This document shows, piece by piece, positions 59,574 through 64,000 of a stretch of DNA of 64,000 nt (the stretch's first letter is position 1; each line of letters opens with the position of its first letter). The stretch is from Candidatus Poriferihabitaceae bacterium (lineage in GTDB: Bacteria; Pseudomonadota; Gammaproteobacteria; Arenicellales; Poriferihabitantaceae): positions 652,000 to 715,999 of the forward strand of contig OZ242021.1 of assembly GCA_965204925.1 (NCBI GenBank). Reading direction: 5' to 3'. A program made the position numbers and the translations under genes. The notes beneath the pieces are model-generated. The model worked only from the letters and a program-made list of their open reading frames with translations, was not told the origin of the DNA and ran no database searches.

Positions 59574-60662
59574 ATGAACTACCGGAAACACAATTTCAGC
59601 GCCGGGCCGTGTACGTTGCCCCTGGAAGCGCTGGAAGAAACGCAAGATGAATTGATCGACTACCGCGGGGCCGGAATGTCCCTGATGGAAATGAGTCATC
59701 GCGGCAAGCGCTTTATTGAGGTCGCGGAAGAAGCCGCCAGCTTGGCCATGCAGGCATTCGAGGCGCCCGACGATTTCAGCGTCCTGTTCCTGCAGGGCGG
59801 CGCCATGTTGCAATTCTCGATGGTTCCCATGAATTTGTTGAAGCCGGGGCAGAAAGGGGCTTACATCCACTCGGGCAGTTGGGCCGGGGGGGCGATCACG
59901 GACGCCCGGCAATATGGCGATATCTATATACCCTGGGACGGCGGCGAACACAATTTCACGCGGATGCCCTTGTCGAACGAGCTGGGAGACCTGCGGGACA
60001 ACACCCGCTATCTCCACATAACGACCAATGAAACGATCGGAGGGATACGCTTTTCCGAATGGCCGGATGTCGAAGTTCCACTGGTCGGCGACGTATCCTC
60101 GGAGTACATGGCTCGTCCGTTGCCCTGGGAAAAGTTCGACCTCGTTTACGGCGGGGCGCAGAAAAACCTCGGGCCTGCCGGGATGGCGGTCGTCTTCATC
60201 AGGAACTCGATTCTCGAATCCTGCAACCGCAACATGGGGCGCTATCTCCGATACGACATTCAGCAATCGAAAGGCTCCATGCTCAATACCCCGCCGATGT
60301 TCCAGATCTACCTGTTCGGAAAGGTCCTCAAATGGATGATACGACAAGGAGGGCTGGCGGCCATGGAAGCGGCGGCGTCTGAAAAGGCGGGCATCCTGTA
60401 CGACACGATTGACGCCAGCGACGGATACTACAACTGTCCGGTGGAGACGGCGAGCCGTTCGCACATGAACGTTGTGTTCCGGCTCGCGAACGAAGACCTT
60501 GAACGGAAATTTCTGAACCAGGCCGAGCGAGCCGACCTCATGAATCTGAAGGGTCACCGCAGCGTGGGAGGCTGTCGGGCCAGTATTTATAATGCCATGC
60601 CAAAATCCGGCGTTGAAACGCTGGCCCGCTTCATGCGTGAATTCGAACGGGACAACCGCTGA
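59574..60662 (+). CDS. serC: 3-phosphoserine/phosphohydroxythreonine aminotransferase
   Basis: 362 aa, NFSAGPCTLP...GGAQKNLGPAG...LKGHRSVGGCRASIYNAM. Canonical SerC. Confidence 0.9.
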   Translation: MNYRKHNFSAGPCTLPLEALEETQDELIDYRGAGMSLMEMSHRGKRFIEVAEEAASLAMQAFEAPDDFSVLFLQGGAMLQFSMVPMNLLKPGQKGAYIHSGSWAGGAITDARQYGDIYIPWDGGEHNFTRMPLSNELGDLRDNTRYLHITTNETIGGIRFSEWPDVEVPLVGDVSSEYMARPLPWEKFDLVYGGAQKNLGPAGMAVVFIRNSILESCNRNMGRYLRYDIQQSKGSMLNTPPMFQIYLFGKVLKWMIRQGGLAAMEAAASEKAGILYDTIDASDGYYNCPVETASRSHMNVVFRLANEDLERKFLNQAERADLMNLKGHRSVGGCRASIYNAMPKSGVETLARFMREFERDNR

Positions 60663-60676
60663 CAAACCGCCTTTCC

Positions 60677-61924
60677 ATGCCGGAAATAAAACCATTCGAC
60701 GGCTTTCTCGTCAACCCCGGCCATGCCCGGGAAATCGTCTCTCCGGCCTATGATTCCGTTTCACCGCGACAACGCCGCATATTCGCGCAAGGCAACCCGC
60801 GCAATTTCCTGAATACCATGCGGTTACTCGAGGACCTGCCTGAAGAAAACCGTCCGACCACCGGACAACTTCTGTTATCGAACAGGAAAAACCTGGATAA
60901 GCTGCTATCGGACGGATCGTTCGATGTTCTGGAACAACCCTGTATGTTCGTTTACCAGCTTGATACCGGCGAGCATGTACAAACCGGCGTCGTTTGTGAA
61001 GTTCCGGTACGCGAATATGAACAGGGCGCCATGCGCAAACACGAAAACACCCGCAGCGACCGGGAGGACCTGCTTGCGCAATACCAGGTCGTCGTGGGGG
61101 CATCGTCGAGTCCGATCTGTCTGACCTACAGTCAGCGCCCGGACATCGACCGGTTTGTCGGGAAAATAATCGAAAATCGTCCCGAACTGGAGTTTTCCGG
61201 TACGGACGGCGTCCTCCAGAGAATCTGGCGTATCGCAGACCATGAGACCCAGAGGCGACTGGCCGAGTTGTTCGCTGCGGTCGAAACCACCTATCTCACC
61301 GATGGTCATCACCGCGCCGCCTCCGGGTACCGTTACGCCAGGATCATGCGCGACAAATACGGCAACACGGGGAACGAACCCTGGAACCAGTTACTGGTAG
61401 CCCTGTTCCCCGACAACCAGCTCAGACTACTGCCTTTTCATCGTTGTGTCAGGGGGTTGAACGGCTTGACTGACACGGCCATCATTGAGGCGCTGAAAAC
61501 CGCTTTCGAGGTCCGCGACCTCTCCACTCAAACCGGGCTGCGGCCCTCCCGGCATGGTGAGTTCGGTATGTATCTGAACAATGGCTGGTATCAACTGAAT
61601 GTCAAACCCGAATATCTGTGGCGGGACAGCCCGGTAGAATCGCTGGATGTCATGATTCTGCAAAATCTCATTCTTGACCCGATTCTGGGGATCACGGATA
61701 TGCGCGGCAACCCGCGTCTCGACTACATTGCCGGGGTCCATACAGACGCAGACATAAAACGAAAATGCAAAGAGGGCTGGGACATTGTATTTGCCTGCCA
61801 CGCGACTTCAATGAAGCAACTGATGGATGTTGCCGATTCCGGCGCATTGATGCCGCCCAAGTCTACGTATTTCGATCCCAAATGCCGTTCCGGAATTTTT
61901 GTCCGGTTAAAACGGGATTCGTAA
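60677..61924 (+). CDS. DUF1015 family protein
   Basis: 415 aa. Contains the family-typical ...PAYDSVS... and YLTDGHHRAAS motifs. Lies 14 nt downstream of serC. Confidence 0.7.
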   Translation: MPEIKPFDGFLVNPGHAREIVSPAYDSVSPRQRRIFAQGNPRNFLNTMRLLEDLPEENRPTTGQLLLSNRKNLDKLLSDGSFDVLEQPCMFVYQLDTGEHVQTGVVCEVPVREYEQGAMRKHENTRSDREDLLAQYQVVVGASSSPICLTYSQRPDIDRFVGKIIENRPELEFSGTDGVLQRIWRIADHETQRRLAELFAAVETTYLTDGHHRAASGYRYARIMRDKYGNTGNEPWNQLLVALFPDNQLRLLPFHRCVRGLNGLTDTAIIEALKTAFEVRDLSTQTGLRPSRHGEFGMYLNNGWYQLNVKPEYLWRDSPVESLDVMILQNLILDPILGITDMRGNPRLDYIAGVHTDADIKRKCKEGWDIVFACHATSMKQLMDVADSGALMPPKSTYFDPKCRSGIFVRLKRDS

Positions 61925-61973
61925 ATTCCGGCAAGGATACCGGGACGCCGGCCGGCCCGCCGGATCTCCGCCT

Positions 61974-63242
61974 TCAGTGCAACTCGGAATCGATTCGCTC
62001 CTGTACCGGCAGGCCGAACAGGTAACGTCTCAGACAATCCAGCGTCAGTTCCACAGCCCCCAGCCGCACCCATTCAGGGCTGCCCGGCAGACGGGATATC
62101 CGACAGGCGCTGGTCTTTCCGTCCGCTATCGCAACAGCGACGTCCGCCGCGTATTTGACCCCGTCCTGCCTGTACAACGGCTCGGTCAGCGCCACAAGGG
62201 CATGCGACGAGTCAAAACGCGCCTGAATAGCCTCGGCCAGGCAAACCGCCAGCCGCTGATCCGGCTCCCGCGACGGCGGCGGAACAATACCCGCATATTC
62301 CAGCAGTTGATCGACCTCGACTGATACCATTCCACTTTTTATCCATTCAGCGCTGTCCGCGGCGCCCACAAGACGCGCGGCCACCCTTCCCGCAGTGTGC
62401 ATTTCCACGATACGGACGCTACCCCCGATCCGTTGCAATGCGCCAATGATTTCTTTTTCCAGCGATTGATCGTCCTCATAAAGAATAAAGTTTCCCAGCC
62501 GCTTGCGGACTTCATTCTCCACGGGCATGATTTTCCGGTCGAGTTCCTCGTGTGAGCGGCCATGCAGTGTCAACTTGATTTCAAGCTGCGGGTAGTGCGA
62601 CTGGAACCCGAGTTTGACCGAGCCGTTGGTGGCCAGCGCTTCAACCCCATGCAATATGCGGTCCGCCCGCGCCTCACCGATACCGAACGTGTGGAAGCGC
62701 TTTACCCGGATAAAAATCGCTTCACCGCGCATCGCCTGCAAGCGGGGCAGAACCTGCTCTTCAAACATGCGCCGCAACTCCGCGGGCACTCCCGGAGTGA
62801 AGAAAAAGCGGGCGCCGCCAATATCGATCACAAACCCGCAAGCGGTGCCAACCGGATTGTCTATCCATTGCGCACCGGCCGGCAGCATGGCCTGCTTGAC
62901 ATTGCTGGAAGGCATCTGCCGGTTCCTGGCGGCGTACCACGCTTCAATTCTGTCCAGCCATGGCTGGACCAGTTCGAGCTCGACCCCCGCCGCCTGCGCC
63001 GCCGCCTGCTGGGACAGATCATCGACCGTTGGTCCCAGACCACCATTGACGATCACGATATCCGCCCTTTGCGCGGCCAGATGGAACGACTGCGCCAGGC
63101 TGGCAAGATCGTCGCCCACCACGGTTCCCCATATCGTATTGAATCCGTTTTCAGTCAGCCGTCTGGCGATATGGCTGTAATTGGTATTGACTGTCTTGCC
63201 GCTCAGAATCTCATCGCCGGTACACAGAATTTCGATTTTCAT
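61974..63242 (-). CDS. cinA: CinA family protein (MoCF-biosynthesis-like domain plus nicotinamide-nucleotide amidase domain)
   Basis: MKIEILCTGDEILSGKTVNTNYSHIARRL is a typical CinA N-terminus. 422 aa. Confidence 0.8.
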   Translation of the reverse strand: MKIEILCTGDEILSGKTVNTNYSHIARRLTENGFNTIWGTVVGDDLASLAQSFHLAAQRADIVIVNGGLGPTVDDLSQQAAAQAAGVELELVQPWLDRIEAWYAARNRQMPSSNVKQAMLPAGAQWIDNPVGTACGFVIDIGGARFFFTPGVPAELRRMFEEQVLPRLQAMRGEAIFIRVKRFHTFGIGEARADRILHGVEALATNGSVKLGFQSHYPQLEIKLTLHGRSHEELDRKIMPVENEVRKRLGNFILYEDDQSLEKEIIGALQRIGGSVRIVEMHTAGRVAARLVGAADSAEWIKSGMVSVEVDQLLEYAGIVPPPSREPDQRLAVCLAEAIQARFDSSHALVALTEPLYRQDGVKYAADVAVAIADGKTSACRISRLPGSPEWVRLGAVELTLDCLRRYLFGLPVQERIDSELH

Positions 63243-63360
63243 GAGCCTCGCCCGATTAACGTGCGCAGATAGTATCCCGATAACGGATTATCTGACAACC
63301 GCTTGAAATAAAACCGGTTCACTGTCAGGATAGGGGAAACACCGAAAAAGAGAGAAGTCC

Positions 63361-64000
63361 ATGAGCAAAGGTCAATGTTTATGCGGCGAGGTATCGTGGG
63401 AGTTTTTCGAAAAGCCCCGATTCTCCTGCCACTGCCATTGCCGGATGTGCAGAAAAGCGCACGGCGCGGCGTACGGCTCTTACTATTTTGTAACGGGAGA
63501 ACGGTTCTGCTGGATCAGCCGCCCGGCGGACATCACGGCGGATTATCAATCCTCTCCCACATTGACCCGCTCCTTCTGCCGGATCTGCGGCTCGGTGGTT
63601 CCCCATGAGGATGATACGCGCCGGTTCATGTATGTCCCGGCCGGGTCTCACGATGACGGTCCTGAAATTTCCAGACATATTTTTGTGGCGTCCAAAGCGC
63701 CCTGGCTCGACATTACCGGCGACCTGCCGCAACATGACGGCTATCCACCGGGTGTTCCCGGGTCCGCATATGATAACCCGCCGCTATCCGAACCCACTGC
63801 GGGGATAGCCAGGGGAAGCTGCCTGTGCGGGGAAGTCCGCTTCGAGGTGACCCTGCCGTTCAGTGTAGTGCATAACTGTTACTGTTCCCGATGCAGGAAA
63901 CAGCGCGCAGCGGCGTTTACCACCAACGGGTTCACAACGCGCGATGCCGTCGCCTTTACGCAGGGAAGCGACTGCCTGGACGTTTACAAGATGCCTTCCG
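63361..64000 (+). CDS. GFA (glutathione-dependent formaldehyde-activating / CENP-V) family protein with two tandem GFA domains (3' end beyond the window)
   Basis: Translated by hand from the ATG at 63361: MSKGQCLCGEVSWEF...CHCHCRMCRKAHGAAY...CRICGS, then a second copy GSCLCGEVRFEV...CYCSRCRKQRAAAF. Not in the track because it runs off the right edge. Confidence 0.7.
   Translation, partial: MSKGQCLCGEVSWEFFEKPRFSCHCHCRMCRKAHGAAYGSYYFVTGERFCWISRPADITADYQSSPTLTRSFCRICGSVVPHEDDTRRFMYVPAGSHDDGPEISRHIFVASKAPWLDITGDLPQHDGYPPGVPGSAYDNPPLSEPTAGIARGSCLCGEVRFEVTLPFSVVHNCYCSRCRKQRAAAFTTNGFTTRDAVAFTQGSDCLDVYKMPS

Noticed and set aside
59238-60695. 485-aa minus-strand ORF
   Set aside because: It is antisense to serC and to the 3' end of the serA-like gene. 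It is a shadow ORF.

Overview
GC-rich bacterial chromosomal window. The accA-tilS-pyrG synteny suggests a gammaproteobacterium, which is inference only. I can support about 55 protein genes, one tRNA-Ser(UGA), one intact IS element and one degraded methylase gene. I found no rRNA and no CRISPR array. Layout: (1) 1-9.8 kb holds housekeeping genes (pyrG, tilS, accA, bcp, an SDR, glnB, prfC, pgeF) plus an unusual homocysteine-S-methyltransferase/class-I-methyltransferase fusion. (2) 9.8-29.8 kb is a dense block for catabolism of methylated onium and amine compounds. It contains a CoA-dependent lcdH-like/ACAD/ADP-forming CoA ligase/crotonase operon, a divergent DmdA-like/DmdB-like pair, and a convergent tmm / tdm pair. 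tdm is the last gene of a gmaS-mgsABC-orf127-pdxJ-tdm string. (3) 30-36 kb holds an hbd / MerR / long-ACAD module and a DUF4212 + Na-solute symporter pair. (4) 36-45 kb is accessory DNA: a solo AAA-ATPase-like/PD-(D/E)XK gene, cimA, then a visibly lower-GC islet. The islet carries Mug glycosylase, a lipoprotein, an IS with perfect 16-bp inverted repeats, and a type II R-M pair (SPPY methylase plus a PD-ExK nuclease candidate). (5) 45-51 kb holds a qmoA-qmoB-hdrC-hdrB-GATase1 string with no aprBA/sat next to it. (6) 51-64 kb holds a 5'-truncated Dam-like remnant, a metallophosphoesterase, an orphan CbbQ/NorQ ATPase, rpiA, bepA, cytochrome c, a crotonase, a leuB-like gene, serA-serC-DUF1015, cinA and a tandem-GFA protein that runs off the right edge. 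The items most worth follow-up are the orphan Qmo/Hdr-GATase operon, the Hcy-MTase fusion, the methylated-amine/carnitine/DMSP-like supercluster with its uncharacterised inserts, the IS-split small ORF coupled to the R-M system, and DUF1015 in a serine operon. All family assignments come from reading the translated ORFs for motifs and recalled homology. No database search was run.
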